Under the pieces are notes generated by a model that was not told the DNA's origin, made no database searches, and saw only the letters and a list, made by a program, of their open reading frames with translations. The position numbers and the translations under genes were made by a program. 64,000 bases of DNA, from contig JAUSEE010000007.1 in assembly GCA_030650095.1 (NCBI GenBank), forward strand, positions 16,812 to 80,811, given 5' to 3'. This stretch comes from Candidatus Buchananbacteria bacterium. GTDB lineage: Bacteria > Patescibacteriota > Patescibacteriia > 2-01-FULL-39-33. This document shows positions 35,623 to 44,049 of the stretch, one piece after another; the stretch's first letter is position 1; each line of letters begins with the position of its first letter.

Positions 35623-37821
35623 ATGAAAAATCTGGTCATAGTGGAATCACCAACTAAAGCCAAAACAATATCAAAATTTTTATCTAAGGATTTTAAAATA
35701 GAATCCTCTTTTGGCCATGTTCGCGATTTGCCGGCCAGCAAATTGGGAGTTGATGTTGATCATGATTTTGAGCCTACCTATACCATCCCAGCTAAAGCTA
35801 AAAAAAGAGTCAAGGAATTAAGCGCTTTGGCTAAAAAAGCCGATCTGATCTATTTCGCCACTGACGAAGACCGCGAAGGCGAGGCTATTTCTTGGCACTT
35901 GGCCCAGATATTTAAAACTCCAATAGCTAAAACCAAAAGAATAACTTTCCATGAGATAACCGAGGAGGCCATTAAAGAAGCGCTAAAAAATCCTCGAGCG
36001 ATTGATATTGACATGGTTGATTCCCAGCAGGCCCGCCGAATTTTAGATCGCCTGGTGGGTTATAAGCTCTCCCCTTTCTTATGGAAAAAAGTAGCTCGCG
36101 GACTTTCAGCCGGCCGGGTTCAATCCGTGGTTGTCAGGCTACTGGTGGAAAAAGAAAGGGAAATACAAGATTTTAAAATCGAAGAATATTGGGAAATAAC
36201 CGGTGATTTTAAAACAGAAAAAAATGAAGACTTTACAGCTAAGCTGCAAAAAGTAAATGGCAAGACTTTAGATAAAATGGCCATAACATCAGATCAGGAA
36301 GCCAACAAGCTAACCCAGGAACTGGAAACACAAAAATATTACATCTCTGATATCTCTAAAAAAGAAGTCAAAAGAAATCCTAATGCTCCTTTTACCACTT
36401 CCACCCTGCAACAAGAAGCGAATCATCGGTTGAATTTTTCGGCCAAACAGACCATGATGATAGCGCAAAAACTTTATGAAGGCATTGACATAAACGGCGA
36501 GTCAATAGGTTTGATAACTTATATGAGAACTGATTCCACTAATTTATCCACAAAATTCACCAGCGAAGCCGCCGACTATATAAATGATGAATTAGGCCGA
36601 GAGTATTTGAACACCAAGAAGTTTAAAACTAAAAGCAAAGGCGCTCAAGAAGCTCATGAAGCCATTCGTCCGACTTCGGCGGCCATGTATCCGGAATCGA
36701 TTAAGAAATCATTGAACGACCAGCAGTTCAAGCTTTATCAATTAATTTGGCAAAGAGCTGTTGCCAGCCAGATGGCTAGCGCCAAACTGGAAGCTACCTC
36801 GGTTGATATAAACACCCAAGACGATAAATATACTTTTAGAGTCAGCGGACAAGTGATTAAATTCGACGGCTTTTTAAAAATTTATCCCACTGCCACCAAA
36901 GACGAGATATTGCCGGAAATGGCAAAAGATGAAAAAGCCGAATTAATCGCCATTAAGCCCGCTCAAAAATTTACCCAACCGCCAGCCAGATATTCTGATG
37001 CCAGCTTGGTAAAAATACTGGAAGAAAAAGGCATCGGCCGGCCTTCCACTTACGCTCCGACTATTGCCACCGTCATTGAAAGGGGCTATGCTGAAAGAAT
37101 AGACAACAGGCGCCTTAAGCCGACAGAAATGGCTTTTGTAGTCAATGATCTTCTGGTCAAGCATTTTTCCGAGATAGTTGATTATGATTTTACCGCCAAA
37201 ATGGAAAATGATTTTGATGATATTTCCGAAGGCAAGAGGAAATGGCAGCCTGTCATTAAAGAATTTTATGAACCCTTCAATAAAAATCTTATGCAAAAAG
37301 AAAAAGAGTTGACCAAAAAAGAGATTACCGAAGAAAAAACTGACGAGAAATGCGAAAAATGCGGATCTCCGATGGTAATCAAAGTCGGACGCTTCGGCAA
37401 GTTCCTGGCTTGTTCCAATTACCCCACCTGCAAGAACACTAAAAAAATCTTAAGCAATGGCCAATTGGAAGAAAGGCCAGAGCCGAAAAAGCTAGACGAA
37501 AAATGTCCGGAATGCGGATCAAACCTGGTTCTTAGAACCGGCCGTTACGGCGAGTTCAAGGGCTGTTCCAATTATCCCAAATGCAAATACATTAAAAACG
37601 AAGCTGCTCAAGACTTAAATATGAAATGCCCCAAATGCCATGACGGCGATATTGTCACCAAAAGAAGCAAGAAGGGTTTATTTTACGGCTGTTCCAATTA
37701 TCCCAAATGCGATTTCGCCAGCTGGAATAAACCTCTGGATAAGAAATGCGAAAAATGCGGTTACCCCATGAGTGAAGACAAAAACGGCAATAGCAAATGC
37801 ACCAACAGGGATTGCAAATAA
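35623..37821 (+). CDS. topA: DNA topoisomerase I with four C-terminal CxxC zinc ribbons
   Basis: TOPRIM N-terminus MKNLVIVESPTKAKTISKFL and a catalytic Tyr region. The C-terminus has four C-x2-C...C-x2-C ribbons. Confidence 0.9.
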   Translation: MKNLVIVESPTKAKTISKFLSKDFKIESSFGHVRDLPASKLGVDVDHDFEPTYTIPAKAKKRVKELSALAKKADLIYFATDEDREGEAISWHLAQIFKTPIAKTKRITFHEITEEAIKEALKNPRAIDIDMVDSQQARRILDRLVGYKLSPFLWKKVARGLSAGRVQSVVVRLLVEKEREIQDFKIEEYWEITGDFKTEKNEDFTAKLQKVNGKTLDKMAITSDQEANKLTQELETQKYYISDISKKEVKRNPNAPFTTSTLQQEANHRLNFSAKQTMMIAQKLYEGIDINGESIGLITYMRTDSTNLSTKFTSEAADYINDELGREYLNTKKFKTKSKGAQEAHEAIRPTSAAMYPESIKKSLNDQQFKLYQLIWQRAVASQMASAKLEATSVDINTQDDKYTFRVSGQVIKFDGFLKIYPTATKDEILPEMAKDEKAELIAIKPAQKFTQPPARYSDASLVKILEEKGIGRPSTYAPTIATVIERGYAERIDNRRLKPTEMAFVVNDLLVKHFSEIVDYDFTAKMENDFDDISEGKRKWQPVIKEFYEPFNKNLMQKEKELTKKEITEEKTDEKCEKCGSPMVIKVGRFGKFLACSNYPTCKNTKKILSNGQLEERPEPKKLDEKCPECGSNLVLRTGRYGEFKGCSNYPKCKYIKNEAAQDLNMKCPKCHDGDIVTKRSKKGLFYGCSNYPKCDFASWNKPLDKKCEKCGYPMSEDKNGNSKCTNRDCK

Positions 37822-37835
37822 ATCACTTTATAATA

Positions 37836-37865
37836 AAACCTCGCCTATAGGCGAGGTTTTTTTGG
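37836..37865 (+). terminator. Rho-independent terminator after topA
   Basis: AAACCTCGCC tata GGCGAGGTTT followed by TTTTTT. Confidence 0.85.
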
Positions 37866-37907
37866 AATAAAAAAACTGTCCGGAGTTGGGCAGTTATTAT
37901 TTTTATA

Positions 37908-38249
37908 TCAAATACAATTGAAGAATAATAATTGAACAGCTTTATTTCCAAAAAAACTGATTATCGCCGTGGCTTCTTCTTCGGTTAAGGGATGATCTAA
38001 TCCGGGTATGCTTTTGCCGATTTTTTTCTGGATACGATATCGAATAACGTTAGAGAGATCGGGAATGGTTGGTTGCAAGCCATCAGCTACAACAGACTGG
38101 AGAGCCAATGTGGAAATTGATAGGGCGGAGCCAAAAATCATGCCAATAGACATAGCTCTTAAAAGATCCTGTTCATGGCTTTTGTGAAATGAAAAAACAT
38201 CCCTAAAATCTCGGCCTCTATCAGTATCTTCGGCATTTTCCAAATTCAT
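37908..38249 (-). CDS. Hypothetical small protein
   Basis: ORF only. Confidence 0.3.
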   Translation of the reverse strand: MNLENAEDTDRGRDFRDVFSFHKSHEQDLLRAMSIGMIFGSALSISTLALQSVVADGLQPTIPDLSNVIRYRIQKKIGKSIPGLDHPLTEEEATAIISFFGNKAVQLLFFNCI

Positions 38250-38386
38250 GGTTTTCTCCTTGTTGGTATTTTGCTCGTTTAAAATAAAGAACTGTTCTTG
38301 TTATAAAATAGACTACTTAGCTTAAATTGTCAAGATTATTATTAAATAAAAAAGAGCAGTTGATAACTGCTCCGGCAACTTTAAAA

Positions 38387-39181
38387 TCATTTCTTTAATA
38401 AAGCGATGATTTCTTGGTCTTTATTTTTAAGAGCCTCAGCGTCAATTTTAGACAGCAGTTCGCGCGCCAGACTGCTTACATTATAATCGCCGGCATGAGT
38501 GCAACTGATAAGATACCTGAAATTCCTGGTTAAATCTTCAACAGACCAACTGGACATGACTTTTAAGGCCAATTTGCAAGTTAGATAGCGGACATCATGG
38601 TTACTTGAATAGCGGAAACTCATAAGATAATGTATTTTTTCACTTAAACAATCATCGCTTATTTTAGAAGCCAATTCCACCGCCAAATCACGAACCTTAA
38701 AATTATATGATTTCTGGCATTTGATAAAATACTCCAAGTGCTTGGCTAAATGATCAGCGCTTATTTTAGCAGCCAACTTCCGAGCCTGGCCGCAGACATA
38801 AGGCGAAGTGCATTCCTGGGCGTTAACCAGGTATTTAACCATTTGAGCTAACTTATCTCTATCCCACTCAACTATCACTTTAATTGCCAAGGTGTAAAGA
38901 TTATTGCGAACGCCAAAATCATCTGATCGATCACAACTTATAATATAATCAATTCTTTCGGCCAATTTATCTTTATCCCAATTACTCATGGCTTGAGACA
39001 TGATCCTAAAAGCATAATAGCGAATTTCGGGATCATCCGACTGAGAACAATCTGCGATGTAATCAAACATCCCATTTAAGTCAAAGCCATCACTGCTGGT
39101 AGTCATTAAAATAACTTCCAAGGCCTCGGCGGTTGAATACGTTTGTGCCTCAACTGCCTTAAGCAAATCTCTTAATGACAT
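38387..39181 (-). CDS. HEAT-like (PBS-lyase type) repeat protein
   Basis: Five repeats of about 38 aa of the form (I/F)xY(L/F)(I/M)(S/K)C...(D/N)..VR..(L/A)..LA.K(I/V). Confidence 0.5.
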   Translation of the reverse strand: MSLRDLLKAVEAQTYSTAEALEVILMTTSSDGFDLNGMFDYIADCSQSDDPEIRYYAFRIMSQAMSNWDKDKLAERIDYIISCDRSDDFGVRNNLYTLAIKVIVEWDRDKLAQMVKYLVNAQECTSPYVCGQARKLAAKISADHLAKHLEYFIKCQKSYNFKVRDLAVELASKISDDCLSEKIHYLMSFRYSSNHDVRYLTCKLALKVMSSWSVEDLTRNFRYLISCTHAGDYNVSSLARELLSKIDAEALKNKDQEIIALLKK

Positions 39182-39313
39182 TATTTATCTCCTGGTTGTT
39201 GAAAGTGCCTATTTATTGATCTGATTCTTCAGATTTATTATTCTAACATATCTTTTATTATTGTCAATCATCCGGTTTTGCCTAAATCAAAAAAATACAA
39301 TATACTTCAAAAT

Positions 39314-40780
39314 ATGATAAATCAAGATCCGCAACAAGAATTCGAAAAACTTTTAAAAACCCTGGGCGAAAAATACCCAGACGGTGATTTAGACATGGTT
39401 AAATTAGCCTATGAATTCGCTTATAACGCCCACTTGGGCCAAAAGCGCCGCTCTGGTAGCGATTATATCATCCATCCCTTGGCCACCGCGCAATTCCTAG
39501 CCGAATTAAAAATGGACATACCAACTATTATAGCCGGACTGCTTCATGATGTGCCCGAAGACACAGCTGTAACCATTGAAGATATCAAGAAGAATTTCGG
39601 CAAAGAAGTGGCTATCTTGGTAGCCGGCATCACTAAATTAGGCGCCCTAAAATACCGCGGCATCGAAAGATACGCCGAGAACCTAAGAAGGATGTTTGTG
39701 GCTATGAGCAATGACATCAGGGTTATTTTGATTAAATTTGCCGACCGTATTAATAACTTAAAGACTCTGGAATTTTTGCCGCCGGAAAAGCAAATCAGAA
39801 TTGCCACTGAATCACTGGAAATTTACGCGCCTATCGCCGATAGGCTGGGCATTGGAAAAATAAAAGGCGAATTGGAAGATTTATCTTTCAAATATGTTTA
39901 TCCGGAAGATTATAAATGGATTATGGAGATACTGCCCAAGAAATATAAAGAAAAAGAAAGATATTTGGAAAAAGTCAAAAAAAGAGTGGCTAGGAAATTA
40001 TTAGATAGTGGCATTACTTTAAGCCATATTTCTATTCACGGCCGAACTAAACATTTATACAGTTTGTATAAAAAACTGCTCAAGCCTCAAGTTGACCGTG
40101 ATTTATCCAAGATTTATGATCTAATAGCTTTAAGAATAATTGTTCCGACAGTAGCTGATTGTTATTCCACTTTAGGAATTTTACATAATCTTTATCGGCC
40201 GATGCCCGGCAGAGTCAAGGATTATATCGCCCAGCCCAAGCCCAATGGCTATCAATCTCTTCACACCACTGTTTTTACAGAAAACGGGGAAATTGTTGAA
40301 TTTCAAATCAGAACCAATGAAATGCATGAGGAAGCGGAATTCGGCATTGCCGCCCACTGGAACTATAAAGAAAATAAAGGCGGCATCAATAAAAGGAGTC
40401 TTAAATGGATAGAGGAATTAGTAAAATGGCAGAAGCAAACCCAAGACAATGAACAATTTTTAAACGATATCAAATTGGATATCTTCCAAAACAGGATTTT
40501 TGTTTTTACCCCAACCGGTGATGTCATTGATTTGCCGGAAGAATCCACTCCCATTGATTTCGCTTATCATGTCCACTCTTCCATTGGCAACCAATGCGTC
40601 GGCGCCAGAGTTAACGACAATTTAGTGAGTTTGAATTCCAAATTAAAAAGCGGCGACATTGTGGAAATAATAACCGACAAGAATAGGAAAATGCCCGGCA
40701 TGGATTGGCTGGAGAATGTTAAAACTTCCATGGCCAAAGGCAAAATCAGATCGGCTTTAAACAAATCAAAAAAACTATAG
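39314..40780 (+). CDS. rel: Bifunctional (p)ppGpp synthetase/hydrolase RelA/SpoT homologue (HD + synthetase + TGS; no ACT domain)
   Basis: HD motif HPLATAQFL..LLHDVPEDT, a synthetase region with YQSLHTTV, and a TGS-like C-terminus. The track ORF starts at a TTG at 39278; the ATG at 39314 is preferred. Confidence 0.85.
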   Translation: MINQDPQQEFEKLLKTLGEKYPDGDLDMVKLAYEFAYNAHLGQKRRSGSDYIIHPLATAQFLAELKMDIPTIIAGLLHDVPEDTAVTIEDIKKNFGKEVAILVAGITKLGALKYRGIERYAENLRRMFVAMSNDIRVILIKFADRINNLKTLEFLPPEKQIRIATESLEIYAPIADRLGIGKIKGELEDLSFKYVYPEDYKWIMEILPKKYKEKERYLEKVKKRVARKLLDSGITLSHISIHGRTKHLYSLYKKLLKPQVDRDLSKIYDLIALRIIVPTVADCYSTLGILHNLYRPMPGRVKDYIAQPKPNGYQSLHTTVFTENGEIVEFQIRTNEMHEEAEFGIAAHWNYKENKGGINKRSLKWIEELVKWQKQTQDNEQFLNDIKLDIFQNRIFVFTPTGDVIDLPEESTPIDFAYHVHSSIGNQCVGARVNDNLVSLNSKLKSGDIVEIITDKNRKMPGMDWLENVKTSMAKGKIRSALNKSKKL

Positions 40781-40818
40781 GCTGAAACCTATAGTTTTTT
40801 AAAATTAATTTTTACCAG

Positions 40819-41694
40819 TTATTTTAATTTATCAACCAAGCTGTTTAATTCCTCTTCGGAGAAAAACTTGATTATTATCTGTCCGCTGGGCCCGAATTTT
40901 TTTATTTCCACTTTCGTGCCCAAAGCCGATTGCAATAATTCTTCCTTGGCCCTAAGCTCGGGATTAAACGCCACTTTCCTGATGTGCTTTTTAACCACAA
41001 TTTGCTTGCCGGCTTTTTCTGTTTCTCGCACATTTAAGCTTTCCGAGATGATTATCTTAAGCGTCAGCGCTTGATCTGATTGCGGCAAGCCGGCCAAGAC
41101 CCGAGCATGGCCTTCGGAAATCTGGCCATCTCTGATCGCTTCTTTGACCTCGTCTATAACCGTCAGTATCCTTAGAGTATTAGCTACGGCACTGCGGCTT
41201 TTGCCAACGCGCTTGGCCAGTTGCTCTTGGGTAAGATTGAATTCATCTACTAGTTTTTGATAGGCAGAGGCAGTTTCCAAAGAATTAAGATTTTTGCGTT
41301 GCAAATTTTCAATCAAAGCAATCTCCATTTTTTTCTGCTCGCTCATTTCACGGACAATAGCCGGCACAGTTTTTAGTCCTGCCAATTTAGCCGAACGCAG
41401 TCTTCTTTCACCGGCAATCAGTTGCCAACCGGAAGAAACCTTACTAACAATAAGGGGCTGGATTATGCCATGCTCTTTTATGGATTCAACCAGTTCTTGC
41501 AAATCGGCCTCATCAAAATTGGTTCTAGGCTGATGGGGGTTGGGAGTTATCTGATCAACCGGCAACTCTACAATTTTTTCTTGCTGTTCTAAAATCGCAG
41601 CAATTTCACTGCCGTTGCCCAGTATTTCTTTGGCTGGTTTTTTACTAGGAATTAAAGATCCTAATCCTCGGCCGAGGCCGGATGTTTTTTGCAT
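40819..41694 (-). CDS. parB: Chromosome partitioning protein ParB/Spo0J
   Basis: Motif LIAGERRLRSAKLAGLKTVPAIVRE and an HTH region. Confidence 0.85.
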   Translation of the reverse strand: MQKTSGLGRGLGSLIPSKKPAKEILGNGSEIAAILEQQEKIVELPVDQITPNPHQPRTNFDEADLQELVESIKEHGIIQPLIVSKVSSGWQLIAGERRLRSAKLAGLKTVPAIVREMSEQKKMEIALIENLQRKNLNSLETASAYQKLVDEFNLTQEQLAKRVGKSRSAVANTLRILTVIDEVKEAIRDGQISEGHARVLAGLPQSDQALTLKIIISESLNVRETEKAGKQIVVKKHIRKVAFNPELRAKEELLQSALGTKVEIKKFGPSGQIIIKFFSEEELNSLVDKLK

Positions 41695-41719
41695 GGTAAT
41701 TTTGTATTTTTAAATAGAT

Positions 41720-42487
41720 CTAATACGGACTGGTATGATAAACGAATTCCTTGGCCAATCTTTCATAGGCTTTAGCTCCTTTTGATTTGGGATCATAAGC
41801 TAAAATTGTTTGGCCGTGGCTGGGAGCTTCCGATAAGCGCACGCTCCGCGGAATAACCGATCTGAATATTTTATTGGGAAAATATTTATAAAGCTCCATC
41901 AAGACATCATTGGCTAATTTAAACCTTTTATCATACATAGTTAAGACTGCACCTAAAATATCCAGTTCCGGCTTGATGTTTTCTTGTATCAGACTAATGG
42001 TAGAAACTAATTGACCCAAGCCCTCAAGAGCAAAATATTCGGCTTGAACCGGTATTAGAACCTGATCGGAAGCCACCAAGCCATTTATAGTTAAAAGACC
42101 AAGAGATGGCGGACAATCAATTATAATATAATCAAAATCATTTCTGATTTCCAGTAAATTATCATAGAGCCTAAACTCGCGCCTATCTAGATTAACAAAT
42201 TCCACCCCAGCTCCAGCTAGTGAAACAGTGGCTGGAATAAGTTTATAGAATTCATGAGCCGTATCAACCATCACTTCCTTAAACGAATAAGGACCGGTTA
42301 GAACTTCGTAAACTCCCCTTTCCAGTTCCTTGGAAACTCCCAAATTGGAGGTGGCATTGCTTTGGGGGTCTAAATCAATCAATAAAACAAACTTACCTAA
42401 TTGGCTTAGGTAAGCAGCAAGATTAACAGCAGTAGTGGTTTTGCCAACCCCGCCTTTTTGATTAACAACAGAAATTATTTGTCCCAT
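41720..42487 (-). CDS. parA: Chromosome partitioning ATPase ParA/Soj
   Basis: Deviant Walker A motif VVNQKGGVGKTTTAVNLAAYL. A start at MGQIISV (42487) is preferred over the track's upstream Met at 42511. Confidence 0.85.
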   Translation of the reverse strand: MGQIISVVNQKGGVGKTTTAVNLAAYLSQLGKFVLLIDLDPQSNATSNLGVSKELERGVYEVLTGPYSFKEVMVDTAHEFYKLIPATVSLAGAGVEFVNLDRREFRLYDNLLEIRNDFDYIIIDCPPSLGLLTINGLVASDQVLIPVQAEYFALEGLGQLVSTISLIQENIKPELDILGAVLTMYDKRFKLANDVLMELYKYFPNKIFRSVIPRSVRLSEAPSHGQTILAYDPKSKGAKAYERLAKEFVYHTSPY

Positions 42488-42678
42488 ATAGATACTATTA
42501 TACCATAACAATAATTAAAAATACAAAATAATAAATTATAAATATAAAATTACAAAAAACAAAAAATCATAATAATTAAAAAACAAAAAAATTAATATTT
42601 TAATTTATAATGTGCCATTTATCTGCCTGAAAGCTAGCAAATTTGGGGCTTGGAATTTTGTGTTTTAATTTTAAAATG

Positions 42679-42699
42679 TTGTGATAATACATATCACAA
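42679..42699. promoter_or_regulatory. Perfect inverted repeat TTGTGATA-atac-aTATCACAA (candidate operator) 15 nt upstream of the tRNA-operon -35 box
   Basis: 8-bp arms with a 5-bp spacer inside an AT-rich region with no ORF, between parA and tRNA-fMet. Confidence 0.4.
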
Positions 42700-42714
42700 T
42701 CTTACCATCAACCC

Positions 42715-42742
42715 TTGCCAAAAATACAAATATCTGTTACAA
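42715..42742 (+). promoter_or_regulatory. Sigma70-like promoter of the tRNA-fMet/Ile2/Leu cluster
   Basis: TTGCCA, a 16-nt spacer and TACAAT. The predicted +1 falls at or near the mature tRNA 5' end (42748). Confidence 0.55.
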
Positions 42743-42747
42743 TTACT

Positions 42748-42819
42748 CCGCGGGGTAGAGCAGTAGCAGCTCGCCAGGCCCATAACCTGGAGGTCGTGGG
42801 TGCGAATCCCACCTCCGCA
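42748..42819 (+). tRNA. Initiator tRNA-fMet (anticodon CAU); the 3' CCA is not encoded (ACAA)
   Basis: CGCGGGG TA GAGC AGTAGCA GCTC G CCAGG CCCATAA CCTGG AGGTC GTGGG TGCGAAT CCCAC CTCCGCA A. It has the C1/A72 mismatch and is closely similar to E. coli tRNA-fMet. Unusual features are C33 and G55. Confidence 0.75.
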
Positions 42820-42924
42820 ACAAGTGGCTCTTGAATTAATCAAGACATGGCAAAAAAACAGAGATAATTATTTGTACGCGGTAATTCGCACGGGCAGAAG
42901 CAAGATGAGCCTATGGGCGAAATC

Positions 42925-42971
42925 GAGCGTCGATAAATACGAGCAAGCGCGAGTATTTAGCGCTGCCCAGG
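42925..42971 (+). repeat. tRNA-associated hairpin repeat, copy 1
   Basis: GAGCGTCGA-TAAATAC-gagcaagcgcga-GTATTTA-GCGCTGCCCAGG. It lies within the 150-nt spacer between tRNA-fMet and the duplicated fMet 3' end. Confidence 0.8.
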
Positions 42972-42975
42972 ACAA

Positions 42976-42995
42976 GAATCCCACCTCCGCAACAA
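42976..42995 (+). repeat. Direct duplication (20 nt) of the tRNA-fMet 3' end (GAATCCCACCTCCGCAACAA)
   Basis: Identical to 42803..42822. It is followed at 42999..43027 by a perfect 12-bp-stem hairpin, AATCGCTCGCTC ttat GAGCGAGCGATT. Confidence 0.85.
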
Positions 42996-43029
42996 ATACC
43001 AATCGCTCGCTCTTATGAGCGAGCGATTT

Positions 43030-43101
43030 GGCAGGGTAGCTCAGTGGTAGAGCAGCGGACTCATAAGCCGTTGGTCGCGGGTTCAACTCCCGCCCCTGCT
43101 A
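43030..43101 (+). tRNA. tRNA with anticodon CAU, most similar to tRNA-Ile2 (lysidine) but possibly elongator Met; CCA not encoded (ACAA)
   Basis: GGCAGGG TA GCTC AGTGGTA GAGC A GCGGA CTCATAA GCCGT TGGTC GCGGG TTCAACT CCCGC CCCTGCT A. The variable loop TGGTC and the T-arm match E. coli ileX. Confidence 0.7.
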
Positions 43102-43213
43102 CAAGGAAAGTATTTTAAAACACATTACTGAAGTATTAATATTAAAAACAAATAATACTGGCGGGAGTTGAACGGGCAGAAACGAATCAAGCCGAACTTA
43201 GTGAGGCGAAGAT

Positions 43214-43260
43214 GAGTGTCGATAAATGCGAGCAAGTGCGAGTATTTAGCGCTGCCCAGG
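43214..43260 (+). repeat. tRNA-associated hairpin repeat, copy 2
   Basis: GAGTGTCGA-TAAATGC-gagcaagtgcga-GTATTTA-GCGCTGCCCAGG. The G/U wobble is tolerated only in a plus-strand RNA fold. Confidence 0.8.
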
Positions 43261-43292
43261 GCGAGGAAATCAGGCGAAGCCTGATGACGAGA

Positions 43293-43325
43293 TCCCGCCC
43301 CTGCTACAAGGAAAGTATTTTAAAA
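43293..43325 (+). repeat. Direct duplication (33 nt) of the tRNA-CAU 3' end plus 19 nt of downstream flank
   Basis: TCCCGCCCCTGCTACAAGGAAAGTATTTTAAAA, identical to 43088..43120. Confidence 0.85.
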
Positions 43326-43354
43326 GAATTATTAAGTTATTAATATTACTTTAA

Positions 43355-43436
43355 GCCGAAGTGGCGGAATTGGTAGACGCGCACGACTCAAAATCGTGTA
43401 TCGCAAGATGTGAGAGTTCGATTCTCTCCTTCGGCA
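43355..43436 (+). tRNA. tRNA-Leu (anticodon CAA); CCA not encoded
   Basis: GCCGAAG TG GCGGAATTGGTAGACGC ... CACGA CTCAAAA TCGTG, with a long variable arm, GAGAGTTCGATTCTCTC and CTTCGGC A. Confidence 0.85.
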
Positions 43437-43511
43437 TAATAACAGACTAATCTTTTTTTTATTATTTTAAATCTGCTATAATAATCTTATTATACTTTTA
43501 ACCTTAAATAT

Positions 43512-44012
43512 ATGTTCATAACTGTCCACGCGGCAGCTGCCACTATCCTTACAAAAAGCATACCTAATCCGTTTTTAGCTTTTTTAATTGGAGTATTGTC
43601 TCACTTTGTTTTGGACGTAATCCCTCATGGCGATTCACGAATGGGCCAAAGATTTTGGGGACACAAATTAAAATTCCTGCAAGAAAAAGGCGAACTTAAA
43701 CTCATGGCTTTATACGGCAGTTTGGATGGGGTAGTTTTAGCTTTCCTTTTGATGTTTTTATTTAGAAACTTTGAATTCACACGAGCCGATAACGTTATTT
43801 GGGGCATAGTCGGCAGTATCCTCCCTGATATTACTGTGGCTATTTATAAACTCAAAAATTTTAAAGTCATTAAATGGTTTTTCAACTTTCACAACAAAAA
43901 CCATAATCTTCTAGTCAACAAAATAAATTTTGATTTTCCTTTGCAATATGGCGTCTTGATGCAAGCGATAGTTTTGGCAGCCTTAACCTGGACAATATAT
44001 TTAATTGCTTAA
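43512..44012 (+). CDS. Membrane protein, possibly a DUF457/YdjM-like metal-dependent hydrolase
   Basis: Four TM helices with an HFVLDVIPHGD motif (H-x3-D-x3-H). Confidence 0.4.
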   Translation: MFITVHAAAATILTKSIPNPFLAFLIGVLSHFVLDVIPHGDSRMGQRFWGHKLKFLQEKGELKLMALYGSLDGVVLAFLLMFLFRNFEFTRADNVIWGIVGSILPDITVAIYKLKNFKVIKWFFNFHNKNHNLLVNKINFDFPLQYGVLMQAIVLAALTWTIYLIA

Positions 44013-44046
44013 TCGATCAATAAAAAAATCTCCCCACTAGGGAGAT
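44012..44046. terminator. Bidirectional rho-independent terminator
   Basis: AAAAAAA ATCTCCCC acta GGGAGAT TTTTTATTT, between convergent genes. Confidence 0.8.
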
Positions 44047-44049
44047 TTT

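Noticed and set aside
42748-43436. Group I intron or permuted tRNA as an explanation for the tRNA-end duplications
   Set aside because: The inserts lack the P/Q/R/S group I cores. The duplicated segments are direct repeats downstream of complete tRNAs rather than permuted halves.
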